Source: a virus
Virus genome (UHGV): UHGV-0306641
Strand: one strand, 5' to 3'
DNA: 64,000 nucleotides
In this document: positions 9,190 through 18,584 of the stretch, piece by piece
How positions within the stretch are numbered: the first letter of the stretch is position 1
Layout: every line of letters begins with the position of its first letter
Notes under the pieces: model-generated
What the model saw: the letters and a program-made list of their open reading frames with translations, nothing else
The model's database searches: none
Told to the model about the DNA's origin: nothing
Made by a program: the position numbers and the translations under genes

Positions 9190-9808
9190 AGATAAGGGCT
9201 ATATCACGCTTAACTTTGACGAGTTGAACGAGAAAGGCCTGGATAAGCTGAAGAAGGCTATTTCTAAATCAGGGTATGAGGTTGTCAAAATCATACCTGC
9301 AGGCACAGCCCGTCGAAAAGATGGTATCCCAGTAAAAACTTTCGAGCTGAAAGGGATTGATGAGCAGGCCATGGTTGTTCAGGTCAACAACACTGGTGAT
9401 ATCTCTGGCATTAAGCTGAACGGCAAGAACGCACCATACACTCCCGTCAAAACTATGGCTGAGCTGGGTAAATCATTGGCTGATTTATTCCGTAAAGGCT
9501 CCACCGCATTTCAGAAAGCGTTAGCCAGAAAGCTCGCGCGGGCTGCGAAAAAAGATGAGGCTGGCAGTAAGCCAAAAACGACTAAAGGCGTTAAATCCAG
9601 TGTGCAGATCCTCAGCGATGCGCGCGCACGTCGTGAGGAACTGAAGGGTGGTATTACCGCGACTCAAAAGAAAATTGAGTCCTTATCCTCTGATTCCGAC
9701 ATGACGCAAAAGTCGCGTGAAAACATCCAGGCCGAGCTAAACCTAGAGCTGGCAAAAACCAGTCAGTTAGAGAAAGAGATCGCACAACTGCAGAAGGGGG
9801 AAAAATGA
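9176..9808 (+). CDS. Coiled-coil protein, Hdf-like by position in a darA-type operon
   Basis: 210 aa, Lys-rich, C-terminal heptad coiled coil. Overlaps the next gene (ATGA). Confidence 0.3.
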   Translation: MSSTKDKGYITLNFDELNEKGLDKLKKAISKSGYEVVKIIPAGTARRKDGIPVKTFELKGIDEQAMVVQVNNTGDISGIKLNGKNAPYTPVKTMAELGKSLADLFRKGSTAFQKALARKLARAAKKDEAGSKPKTTKGVKSSVQILSDARARREELKGGITATQKKIESLSSDSDMTQKSRENIQAELNLELAKTSQLEKEIAQLQKGEK

Positions 9809-11712
9809 CCGTTACACTGACTGACAAAATTCTTCTGAAAGACGTGCCTGGCTATATAGCGCCTGCAGTTTCTGATGATATTTACAACGAACTGATGAAA
9901 GGCCAGAGCGCCGATTTGATGCTGGAAAGCGCCACTATTGAAGAAGTGGACCAGTCTTATCTTGGCGATGAGCTGGTCTATGTCTCTCATGCCGCAATGT
10001 TTGAAGCGATTAGCACTGAACGTATGCGTTTGTCGCAGACCATGCGCGCGTTTGTCAGAGCTTTAAATCGCGGTTTGAACGGAACCGACATTAAAGCTGG
10101 TACGGATGATGCTGGCCTGGACGATAGCGGCGAAAAAACGATTGGAGGGGCTATAATCGGTAAGGTTCGCCGGGTGAACAGTATTCCAATCATGACGGCG
10201 CTGATTCCATTATCAGATGGGCAGTCAATTTCCCTTGTTTTCCACTCTCCGACTGCAGATAACGGGCGCGTAAAGAACAATGATTTGCTGGTGGCTTTCC
10301 GTTTCTTGCTGAACAAGCGCGATGTAACACACATTGTGGCCCCTATTGGCGGTCGCGATGTGTCTCTGCAGCAAGTAACGCAAGCTCTTGCAAACTTGGC
10401 AGAGCGTAACAGCGCAAAATTCACGAAACAGCAAGATGCCCAAGTTAAATTACGCGGTGATATTGACGCGCTGAACGCTGAAAACGATCAGTTAAGCGAA
10501 CAACAATCCTCGTTGCTAACTCAGGTCGAATCACTACAGACCAAGTTAATCGCACATCAGAACGATGAGCGGGACGTGCGGGAGAAGCTCGCTAACCAGC
10601 GTCGAATTAATGCCGAACTGGAGGCTCAAATTGTAGCTTTGCAGGGAGTATCTCAGGCCGGTACCACTGATACCGGTTCATCTTTCACGGATACAACGCG
10701 TAAAGTGAAAGACCGTATGGGTATTGATGGTAAGGCTACTCTGAGTAATGGGGCCATAATCCGTTACAACTCATATGATCAGGACGGCGAGCTGCAAGGT
10801 AGCGTAATTATTACCGATCCATCTGGTAAGGTTTATGAAATGCCATCCCCATCATCCCAGGGTGGGGCTATGGGGGTTACAGCAACTAAATTACTGAAAG
10901 CCTATAGAGAGAATCGCGCTGATCGTTACGTTGTCACGACACCGCCGCCGGAGCCGCCGCCAGAACTCCCCCCGGAGCAACCGCTAGAACAACCGCCGGA
11001 GTTGCCGCCAGAACAGCCGCCGGAACCAACAGCTAAATACCGGTATGCTCTTACAAGTCGCCCTGCGAGTATCGGCGCTGTCCCTGCAGATCACACTGCA
11101 ATTTTGGATGTGCCGGAACAGAGCGATAAATATGGTCGTTTGGCACGTCATGGTTTCATTGAATACGATCGTAAGCTGACAGAGCAGGAAGTCTCTAATT
11201 TTGAGTTGAAGCTGATTCCGACCCTGGCGGATCTCGATGTACTGGCGAAAACGGTCATTAGTGAATCAATGGCTAATTACGCACAGCAATATGTTGAAAT
11301 GGCTGAGACTGACCCGGCAACGTTCGGTTCTCAGGTGAAGCTGAATACGAAGAAAGCTGCGCCGAACATTGCTTACCCGGAAGGCGACGATCTCGATTAC
11401 TTTATGGAGAAAGTTAAAGCCGAGTTAGTAAGCCAAACACCTCCCGCGCCGCCGCAGACTAATGAGGAAACTCCCGTGGTATCTGAAGCCGATAAAGCTG
11501 CAAATGAGGCGTTAGGCTATCTGGATGTTGTTATGCAGCTGCAGTCAAAAGACATAGCGGAAATCCGTGATGCCCGTAGCAAGGTTCGCGGGGCTATTGC
11601 CGCACTGCAGAACGCTGGTCGTTTTGACGAAAATGAAGACAAAGTGAATGCCGCTGCGCAACACCTGTCAGATTTGCTTGTGGCAATTCAAAGAGAGGGG
11701 GCTGGAGCATGA
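9805..11712 (+). CDS. DarA-like internal head / antirestriction-associated protein
   Basis: 635 aa (P1 DarA is ~639 aa). Gene order lydA-lydB-hdf-darA-ddrA-ddrB is matched. Contains a central coiled coil and a tandem PPEQPPEL proline-rich repeat (10930-11030). Confidence 0.4.
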   Translation: MTVTLTDKILLKDVPGYIAPAVSDDIYNELMKGQSADLMLESATIEEVDQSYLGDELVYVSHAAMFEAISTERMRLSQTMRAFVRALNRGLNGTDIKAGTDDAGLDDSGEKTIGGAIIGKVRRVNSIPIMTALIPLSDGQSISLVFHSPTADNGRVKNNDLLVAFRFLLNKRDVTHIVAPIGGRDVSLQQVTQALANLAERNSAKFTKQQDAQVKLRGDIDALNAENDQLSEQQSSLLTQVESLQTKLIAHQNDERDVREKLANQRRINAELEAQIVALQGVSQAGTTDTGSSFTDTTRKVKDRMGIDGKATLSNGAIIRYNSYDQDGELQGSVIITDPSGKVYEMPSPSSQGGAMGVTATKLLKAYRENRADRYVVTTPPPEPPPELPPEQPLEQPPELPPEQPPEPTAKYRYALTSRPASIGAVPADHTAILDVPEQSDKYGRLARHGFIEYDRKLTEQEVSNFELKLIPTLADLDVLAKTVISESMANYAQQYVEMAETDPATFGSQVKLNTKKAAPNIAYPEGDDLDYFMEKVKAELVSQTPPAPPQTNEETPVVSEADKAANEALGYLDVVMQLQSKDIAEIRDARSKVRGAIAALQNAGRFDENEDKVNAAAQHLSDLLVAIQREGAGA

Positions 11713-12047
11713 ATTTAAGCGCACTTGAGCGCCTTGACCTGAATGACCGCTTGGATGAGCTGATGGTTCAGGCCACAACAGCTAAAGGGCTGGATTTGCT
11801 GGATTTGAATGACGAAATCGACGCTATTTTGGTGAAACTGGGTTACGGTACTGAATCAATCCCAGCTGAAGATAATACACCGTCTATCGTTAAAGACTTT
11901 CTCTCCGGAAAGTTTGCAAAACAGGCCCAAATGGATTTTGTGGATACGCTGCGCCAGGTCGGTGAGTACCTTAACGAATTTCTGTCACTGGACGATATGA
12001 AGGGCCAGGCCAATGCGTGGGTTGCTCAGAATGACTACTCCATCTGA
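11709..12047 (+). CDS. Small acidic protein (DdrA-like by position)
   Basis: 112 aa; ATGA overlap with the darA-like gene. Confidence 0.3.
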   Translation: MNLSALERLDLNDRLDELMVQATTAKGLDLLDLNDEIDAILVKLGYGTESIPAEDNTPSIVKDFLSGKFAKQAQMDFVDTLRQVGEYLNEFLSLDDMKGQANAWVAQNDYSI

Positions 12048-12061
12048 TCTATGATAACCGG

Positions 12062-12092
12062 CCCCGTTAATCGGGGCTTTTTCTTCTGCCCT
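12062..12092 (+). terminator. Rho-independent terminator
   Basis: CCCCG-TTAAT-CGGGG hairpin followed by CTTTTTCTTC. Confidence 0.4.
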
Positions 12093-12148
12093 CTGAATAA
12101 CACACACTCCTTATCCTTCACGAAACATAAAACGTGGAGGTATGACCG

Positions 12149-15100
12149 TTGGAAACAGCACAACAGGCCATTAGCAACACACCAGGTCTGGATAGCCTTA
12201 TTGCGTTGGTGGCGTCACTGCAGTTGAGACAAACCCCCATAGGGCGAACCTCGTTTGTTGTGACGAGCAAAGGGGATGAGGTCAAAACCGGCTTTAAAGT
12301 TGTTAATGCCAGTAGCCTGATTATTTCGAATAACCTGGATGGGACGATAAACCCTGCATTCCCGACGGAGCTGCAGCCGAGGGATCGTACCCGAATGTCG
12401 AGTAAGATTCAGGTGAGCAAGATCGCCGGAAACTTACGTCCAGCACAATTAACTGATTCAGGGTTAAGTAGCCACGGTGCGCCTATTGTCGGTCCTGACA
12501 ACGTTGTTGAGTCGGGGAATGGTCGCTCAATGGGAATACTACGAGCCTATGAGCAAGGGCAGGCTGACAGCTATCGCCAGTATCTGATCGACCATGCAGC
12601 CGACTATGGGGTTAAGGCTGAAGATATTGCCCGGATGGATATGCCGGTGCTGGTGAGGGAGCGTGTAACCGACGTCGATCGTGCTCAGTTTGCCAGAGAT
12701 TCAAACCTATCAGATCTGCAGGAAATGGCAGCGAGCGAAAAAGCGTTCGTAGATGCCGAAATGCTCGATGAGCGGCTTATGGCGATGTTTTCCCCTTCCG
12801 AAGACGGAAATCTACTTGCCCGGTCTAATGATGGCTTCATTCAGTCGTTTATGCGCGAAATTGGGGATACTGCAACTGCAGGTCTGGTAACGACTGACGG
12901 CAGGCCGACCAAGCAGCTGATTGATCGCATTCAGAACGCTATTTTTGCAAAAGCGTACAAAGACGAACGACTTGTAAAAATGGTCGCAGAAGAACCCGAT
13001 CCCGAGATGCGTAATATCCTGACTGCACTCAACACCGCAGCCAGTGATTTTGCACAAATGCAGATGCTGTCTGGTGACGTTCACAAAGAGGCTGTGAATG
13101 GGCTGGTGGGTGGTATTGAGGAAGTGGACGGTCTTGATAAACAGGCCATTGCCGCGCTACAGGAGGCCATTAACCTTGTGCGTCAGGCCAAAGACTCAGG
13201 TCAGGCAATCGAAGAGGTGATCGCACAGCAAGGCCTGTTTGAAGACACCAGCAAAGAGGCTGAGGCACTAGCGCTATTTATCGTTGCCAATAGCCGCAGT
13301 TCTAAGCGTATAGGCGCTGCATTTAAGAAGATGGCGCAAAAAATAAATGATGAGCTAATCCACCAGCAGCAGGCGCTGGGGGATATGTTTGGCGGCGGTA
13401 GCCTGTCGCTTGTTGATGTGTTGTCTGCAGTCTCAACCGAAATAGAAGACGAGTTTGGTGAGGGGAAAGGGCTTAACTTTGCGATGTTCGAATCAGCGCC
13501 GGGTGATAACAGCGCCTACATATCGCAAATGATCGCGAGTGCAACCAGCGTAGACGAGCTGGTAAACGCCATCAAAATGACAGGGAAGCTTGCTAAGGCC
13601 AATCCGAACACTGAAGAAAATCTCGCGCGGCTGAGGGATTCAGTGGGTAGAAATATGCTCTATTCGCAGCGACCTCTCATTCAGCAGTGGGTGGAAGCTC
13701 ACGGTTATAGCGGCAACCTGCTTGGCGAAATGGCAACTTCTTCAGAAAATAGCCTCTTCTACTACAAGGCGTTGCAGGAAGCCATTAAAAATAATGAGCC
13801 AGCGCCGTCACTGGCTGATGCCAGAAATATTGATTACCGGGTGAAGTTATTTTTGGAAGCCTCGGAGAGTGGTGCCAGCCCTGATCGATTGTTCATGTTT
13901 ATGCACCGGCTTGAAGACCTAATGCAATCAGACTTGAGTTGGCAGGAGCTGCGAAAGGCCTGCAGAACTTGGCTGGACAATTTCATGAAAATGCCGCATG
14001 CCATCTATGCGAAAGTAACGAGCAAGTTTGATAAAAAACTGGCTGATGCAAAAGGTATTTCTGAAACGATAGCCGCTCTGCAGTGGGCGATCGCTGCAGG
14101 TAAAAAAGCACTCACGGACATTAGCGATGTAATGGAAAGCGGAAAGGCTGCGCTCGATGCTGTAGGGCTGTCGAAAGACTTTAGCAGCGACGAGCTGGCT
14201 GATGCTTACATCGATGTTTTACGCCGCTTGAAAGCACTTGCCGAAGCGAATGATAAGGATGGTCGTCTCAAGCTACCTGAAGAGGCCGATTTTTATATAG
14301 AGCAGATTAATAAAGTTCGTGACCGGCCTGAAAAATTGAAGCCATACCTGAAAGATGTTTTCACGCCACATGGCGGGATAGGTCTGGAGGTAGAGCGGCT
14401 TAAATGGTTTATAGATCGTGAGTCAGATGAAGTCGGTCAGCTATATGAACTTGAGAGGTTATTCAAGGATAAAACTACATATCCACCTCTAATTGTTGAG
14501 AAAATACACAGTAAAGTTAAAGCGGCTATGGATGCCGTAATGCAGTCCTCACCAGTGTCAAAAGAAGATGTCGAAGCGTGGGGTAATACGATTGTATTGG
14601 ATAGCGACGTTAGTGCGAAAACCACTATTACAGCAGGATGGCGTACAGGATATGATGCGCGCGATGTTGCGGAAAAGGTCTTTACTTTGACCGGTGGCAA
14701 GCTGGATACGCTGAAAAAGATAGAGCACCAGGCGAAGGTTAGAGCGAGTGCATGCCGGATTCGCCAAGCTGTGACGATCGACGCGGATACGGACGCCGAG
14801 CATGTTATGTGGCACGAACTTGGACACCATGTGGAATTTTCTAACCCTCATTTGCTGGAGCGCGCAAAAGGCTTTATTAAATCAAAGACAGAAGGTCGGT
14901 TGGTATACAGTAATTTTGGCGGGTACGGTAGTGCGGAGTACAAAGTCAAAACTTCATTAAGTCACTACTACATGTCCAAAATCTACATGGATAACAAGGT
15001 GAGTTTGGCGAGTGGCAAGGTATTATCGAAAGCACCATCTTTGAACAATTGCCGCTCTACTGAAGTGTTTTCAATGGCGCTGCAGTGTTACGCTGATCCT

Positions 15101-15187
15101 GAATTGACCGCAACTTCATACTTAAACGGTGATGGGATTATAGAGTTTTTACTGGGATGCTTTAAGGAGCTGCAGAATGCGCATTAA
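12149..15187 (+). CDS. Large DdrB-like protein with a C-terminal HExxH zinc-metallopeptidase motif
   Basis: 1012 aa. TTG start after a GGAGGT RBS. 'VMWHELGHHVEF' HExxH motif near 14810. Last and largest gene of the darA-like block. Confidence 0.4.
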   Translation: METAQQAISNTPGLDSLIALVASLQLRQTPIGRTSFVVTSKGDEVKTGFKVVNASSLIISNNLDGTINPAFPTELQPRDRTRMSSKIQVSKIAGNLRPAQLTDSGLSSHGAPIVGPDNVVESGNGRSMGILRAYEQGQADSYRQYLIDHAADYGVKAEDIARMDMPVLVRERVTDVDRAQFARDSNLSDLQEMAASEKAFVDAEMLDERLMAMFSPSEDGNLLARSNDGFIQSFMREIGDTATAGLVTTDGRPTKQLIDRIQNAIFAKAYKDERLVKMVAEEPDPEMRNILTALNTAASDFAQMQMLSGDVHKEAVNGLVGGIEEVDGLDKQAIAALQEAINLVRQAKDSGQAIEEVIAQQGLFEDTSKEAEALALFIVANSRSSKRIGAAFKKMAQKINDELIHQQQALGDMFGGGSLSLVDVLSAVSTEIEDEFGEGKGLNFAMFESAPGDNSAYISQMIASATSVDELVNAIKMTGKLAKANPNTEENLARLRDSVGRNMLYSQRPLIQQWVEAHGYSGNLLGEMATSSENSLFYYKALQEAIKNNEPAPSLADARNIDYRVKLFLEASESGASPDRLFMFMHRLEDLMQSDLSWQELRKACRTWLDNFMKMPHAIYAKVTSKFDKKLADAKGISETIAALQWAIAAGKKALTDISDVMESGKAALDAVGLSKDFSSDELADAYIDVLRRLKALAEANDKDGRLKLPEEADFYIEQINKVRDRPEKLKPYLKDVFTPHGGIGLEVERLKWFIDRESDEVGQLYELERLFKDKTTYPPLIVEKIHSKVKAAMDAVMQSSPVSKEDVEAWGNTIVLDSDVSAKTTITAGWRTGYDARDVAEKVFTLTGGKLDTLKKIEHQAKVRASACRIRQAVTIDADTDAEHVMWHELGHHVEFSNPHLLERAKGFIKSKTEGRLVYSNFGGYGSAEYKVKTSLSHYYMSKIYMDNKVSLASGKVLSKAPSLNNCRSTEVFSMALQCYADPELTATSYLNGDGIIEFLLGCFKELQNAH

Positions 15188-15470
15188 GGTAACAATGCCC
15201 GGAGGAAAAGCCGGGGTGGTTGAATGCAATAATGCCGGTACGCTGGTGATCGTTGATGGGGATATCACCCATGATGATATGCGCAACGGTCTTTACGGTG
15301 TACGGCCTAATTCTGCTGTAGGAGAGGTGAACTCTTTAAATGCTGACGCACATTTGGTCTTACGTAGTCTTGAAAGCGCTGGCTGGCAGGTGGACTGGCC
15401 TGAAGTTGATGCTGGCGATGACGATCCGAATGATGACGATATCCCGAATATAGTCAGCCCAATCCACTAA
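15177..15470 (+). CDS. Small protein with a poly-acidic tail
   Basis: 97 aa; C-terminus DAGDDDPNDDDIPNIV. Overlaps the ddrB-like stop; followed by a terminator. Confidence 0.35.
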   Translation: MRIKVTMPGGKAGVVECNNAGTLVIVDGDITHDDMRNGLYGVRPNSAVGEVNSLNADAHLVLRSLESAGWQVDWPEVDAGDDDPNDDDIPNIVSPIH

Positions 15471-15485
15471 GAAACGCCCACTTCG

Positions 15486-15515
15486 TGTGGGCTTCTTTTT
15501 GCCCATAACGTATGT
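15486..15515 (+). terminator. Rho-independent terminator
   Basis: GCCCAC-TTCG-TGTGGGC stem followed by TTCTTTTTG. Confidence 0.5.
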
Positions 15516-15557
15516 GCTGCCGGTTGCAAAGTACAGAGCGGTTACTGTTTCGGCTCA

Positions 15558-16070
15558 TTGCTAACAGAGGAAAAAAGCATGAGTCAGCCCAATGAACCCC
15601 GTTGGATAGTTGAGGCCCGTAAACACATCGGGTTACGTGAAATCAAAGGTGCGGAACATAACCCCGAGATCCTGCAGATGTGGAAGGACATTAAACGTGG
15701 TGGCATCAAAGACGATGAAACTCCGTGGTGTGCTGCATTTGTCGGGGCGATGCTTGAGCGTGTAGGCATCCAGTCTTCTCGATTTGAGTCGGCAAAAAGC
15801 TACACCCCTTGGGGAACCGCGCTGCACGATCCGGCATATGGTTGTATTGTGACGTTTACCCGTGACGGTGGCGGTCATGTCGGCTTTGTTGTTGGTCAGG
15901 ATGCAAACCGTAATTTGTTAGTGCTGGGGGGCAACCAGGGCGATGCTGTAAACATTCGTGCATTCCCGCGTAGCCGTGTAACCAGTTATCGCTGGCCTGC
16001 CGGTGAGCCGGGACCGGAGTCTTACAAGCTACCACTGCAGAATGCGCAGACGTCCACCAGCGAAGCGTGA
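15558..16070 (+). CDS. CHAP/NlpC-P60-like cysteine peptidase (TIGR02594-type phage protein); putative peptidoglycan hydrolase
   Basis: 170 aa with a conserved Cys (ETPWCAAFVG) and His (GGGHVGFVVG) arrangement typical of CHAP-like amidases. Confidence 0.45.
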   Translation: MLTEEKSMSQPNEPRWIVEARKHIGLREIKGAEHNPEILQMWKDIKRGGIKDDETPWCAAFVGAMLERVGIQSSRFESAKSYTPWGTALHDPAYGCIVTFTRDGGGHVGFVVGQDANRNLLVLGGNQGDAVNIRAFPRSRVTSYRWPAGEPGPESYKLPLQNAQTSTSEA

Positions 16071-16988
16071 TTACCGAAAACCATCCGGTTTTTTGCTGTA
16101 ATCCACGTCTTTAAAGCTGGTACGGAATATACCGTCATCACGCTGGTGGATAGATTTTTTCAGGGTATCCATCAGCTTGATGAACATGTGTTTGTAACGT
16201 TTCTCGTTAGCACCGAGTGCAGACTGTCGTTCGTGGTAATTGCGTTCTGCCATATTGAGTTGCCCCTGAATCCGTGTCTTGTTAATACGCTCATTCCACT
16301 GCTGCAGCGTTTTGCCTTTCACTCCTTCTTGCTTATCCACAGGATAACTTTCACCGGTCCCAATATTTGTCTTTTCTTTCTGGCTTTTAGAAGGGGTTAA
16401 TATCTTCTTTTGTGACGCATTTTGCGCCCCCTTTTCGGGTTTCGTTTTGCGCCCCCCTGATTTGTTGAAAAGCACAGCTGACGCGGCTTTCAAAGCGAAG
16501 GCCATTACTTTTTGTTTCACTCTGCTGGTGGTTTTACGAAACAGTGCGATCGCAAGGCAAAACAGCATGGCACCGCGCGTTAGTGTGCGTCTGGCGGTTT
16601 CAATGCCAATTTTATCTTGGGGTATTTCAGAAGTAAAAATAGCGCGCCCGGTAGCGCCTACAGTGAAGCGGTCAAGTGTGGCTATGGATACTTCGGCATC
16701 GAGCGCGAGAGTCTTACGGCTGGCATAGCAAACGCCGGTGTGGGATGGGTTTACTTTGTTGGCGATGCTGGCTGCAATCAGTTTCCCTGTGCGGCTGATA
16801 AGTGCAGCTGGCAGGAAAAGAAAGGCGTGACTGAGTTTGTATCCCGTTGGGTAGTTCTTCTGTACTTCGAGCCAAAGAGCTTCATTATCCAGGTGGTGAT
16901 AGTGTTCAAAATCTGGCAGGTCAGCGCTAATGACACAGTTCGTGATAGACGACGGCATGTCATTTCGTAGTTCCTTTGCGTTATCCAT
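16071..16988 (-). CDS. Hypothetical protein with a Lys-rich C-terminal coiled coil
   Basis: 305 aa. Weak HUH-like 'EHYHH' near the N-terminus, not sufficient for a Rep call. Confidence 0.4.
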   Translation of the reverse strand: MDNAKELRNDMPSSITNCVISADLPDFEHYHHLDNEALWLEVQKNYPTGYKLSHAFLFLPAALISRTGKLIAASIANKVNPSHTGVCYASRKTLALDAEVSIATLDRFTVGATGRAIFTSEIPQDKIGIETARRTLTRGAMLFCLAIALFRKTTSRVKQKVMAFALKAASAVLFNKSGGRKTKPEKGAQNASQKKILTPSKSQKEKTNIGTGESYPVDKQEGVKGKTLQQWNERINKTRIQGQLNMAERNYHERQSALGANEKRYKHMFIKLMDTLKKSIHQRDDGIFRTSFKDVDYSKKPDGFR

Positions 16989-17542
16989 TCTGCTTCTTTT
17001 CCATAGTTATATTGATTTAGAAAACCTCAAGACACGGGGCTTCCTGTCACTGAGTAACATTTGGGCAAAGATGGTCACGGGTGAGCAAAAAAAAGACTTG
17101 AGTGCCGAGATCGGCGCTAGTAAACTGGACGCTAGTCTAGTAACCAGACAACAAAAGGCCTCCGCTCAGTAAAGAACGTTTTCATCTTTGTGGGCTGGGA
17201 AAAGCGGATCGGGTTAATTCATATTTGCCTCCTTTAACGTTTTCTTTTTGTTTTGGCTTGGTTGTTGGCTTATCACATTGAATTTCAGGGGTTTAACCCC
17301 CGGCAAGAACCACCTGGCAGGGTGGTTTTTTGCTTTCAGCGGGTAATATCACCCACAGATTCCCTAAAAGCACGATCTTTTTAGCCGCTACGATCCTGAT
17401 CGTCGGGTACTGGATACTATTCTGATCTCTTGTTTTTGACAATGCTGTGTTTATTTACACCTTAGAATTAAAGTTATTAATGTATTGCGGCAATGGCATA
17501 AAAAACCGCCAGTTAAGGCGGTTCGAGGGGGTTACTTCGAAG

Positions 17543-18571
17543 TTATTTATTCGGACGTAACCAGAGCACATCCTCATCACCGGCGGTAGTGGTTTGTTTC
17601 GCCGGATCGCGCTGGCGGGTAGGACGATCACCGATTGGTAGGCTGGAAGACATATTTCCTGCAGCTGACTCCAGCATCGCAGATAGCACCTGAATATCTT
17701 CTTCAGATTCCATACGAAGCAGCGCCTGGCGTTGCTCTTTGCTGATAAAAACAGGTAGGCTGTTTAATGTTTCCCGCATAATACGGCGGCGGGTTTTCGC
17801 CAGCTCACCGGCGCTTTCCAGCATGGCGTTTTGCTCACTAACCCGCGCCTGCATTTCTGCCAGTTGGCCCTGCAGCATCCACATCTGGCTTTCAAGATGG
17901 CCTGCATGCTGCACTGCTTCAAACATGGCCTGATCTTCTCGTAAGGCTTCAAAGTGATGACAAAGGTCTGTTGCCGCGTTCGCACTGAAACCTGACTCCA
18001 TCAACCCTGCAATCATTACCTCTGAACGTGTTCCGGCAGATTCCAGCATCAATGATGTTCTATCCAGGCTGATATAATTTGGTGTGGTCACATAGTCAAA
18101 ACCATAAAATCCAGTGACAACCGAACGCGCTGGTTTATCGTCGCCACCAGTAACCCAACTCCAGCCTCCTGCTCTCGACGACTCCATTCCCGTCACAATT
18201 TGTCCCGGATCTGTATCGAGAATTTCCTGTGTGTGCGTAACCACGCCATTATCATCAATGGATACTGAAAGGGTGCGGTTTGACGGGACATTTGTCAGCG
18301 TTACAGGTTTACCATCCACCATAACTACGGATACTTCGGGGAGAGTTAGATCTCCTGTTTTGGCGTAATGCATGGCACGACGTCCATGACCATAATAGCC
18401 GTACATTTGACCGAGTGAGATACATTCCTGAACTTGGGGGTCATTAAACGTATCATTGACTGATTTCAGAATATATTTGCGCATATTTTGTGGCGTGTAG
18501 CGACGAATGGTGTCCACCACAGAAAAGCGATCAGTAACTGTTTTGAGTGTTTTATAGGTACGTGGTTTCAA
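17543..18571 (-). CDS. Putative prohead protease/scaffold (Pro-like by position)
   Basis: 342 aa with a C-terminal coiled coil typical of scaffold domains. Translationally adjacent to the putative portal gene. Confidence 0.25.
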   Translation of the reverse strand: MKPRTYKTLKTVTDRFSVVDTIRRYTPQNMRKYILKSVNDTFNDPQVQECISLGQMYGYYGHGRRAMHYAKTGDLTLPEVSVVMVDGKPVTLTNVPSNRTLSVSIDDNGVVTHTQEILDTDPGQIVTGMESSRAGGWSWVTGGDDKPARSVVTGFYGFDYVTTPNYISLDRTSLMLESAGTRSEVMIAGLMESGFSANAATDLCHHFEALREDQAMFEAVQHAGHLESQMWMLQGQLAEMQARVSEQNAMLESAGELAKTRRRIMRETLNSLPVFISKEQRQALLRMESEEDIQVLSAMLESAAGNMSSSLPIGDRPTRQRDPAKQTTTAGDEDVLWLRPNK

Positions 18572-18584
18572 AGTGTGCTCCGTA

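Noticed and set aside
16146-16970. Plus-strand ORFs (84, 93, 117 aa) overlapping the 305-aa minus-strand gene.
   Set aside because: Fully contained antisense to a longer ORF with better start context. No supporting signals.
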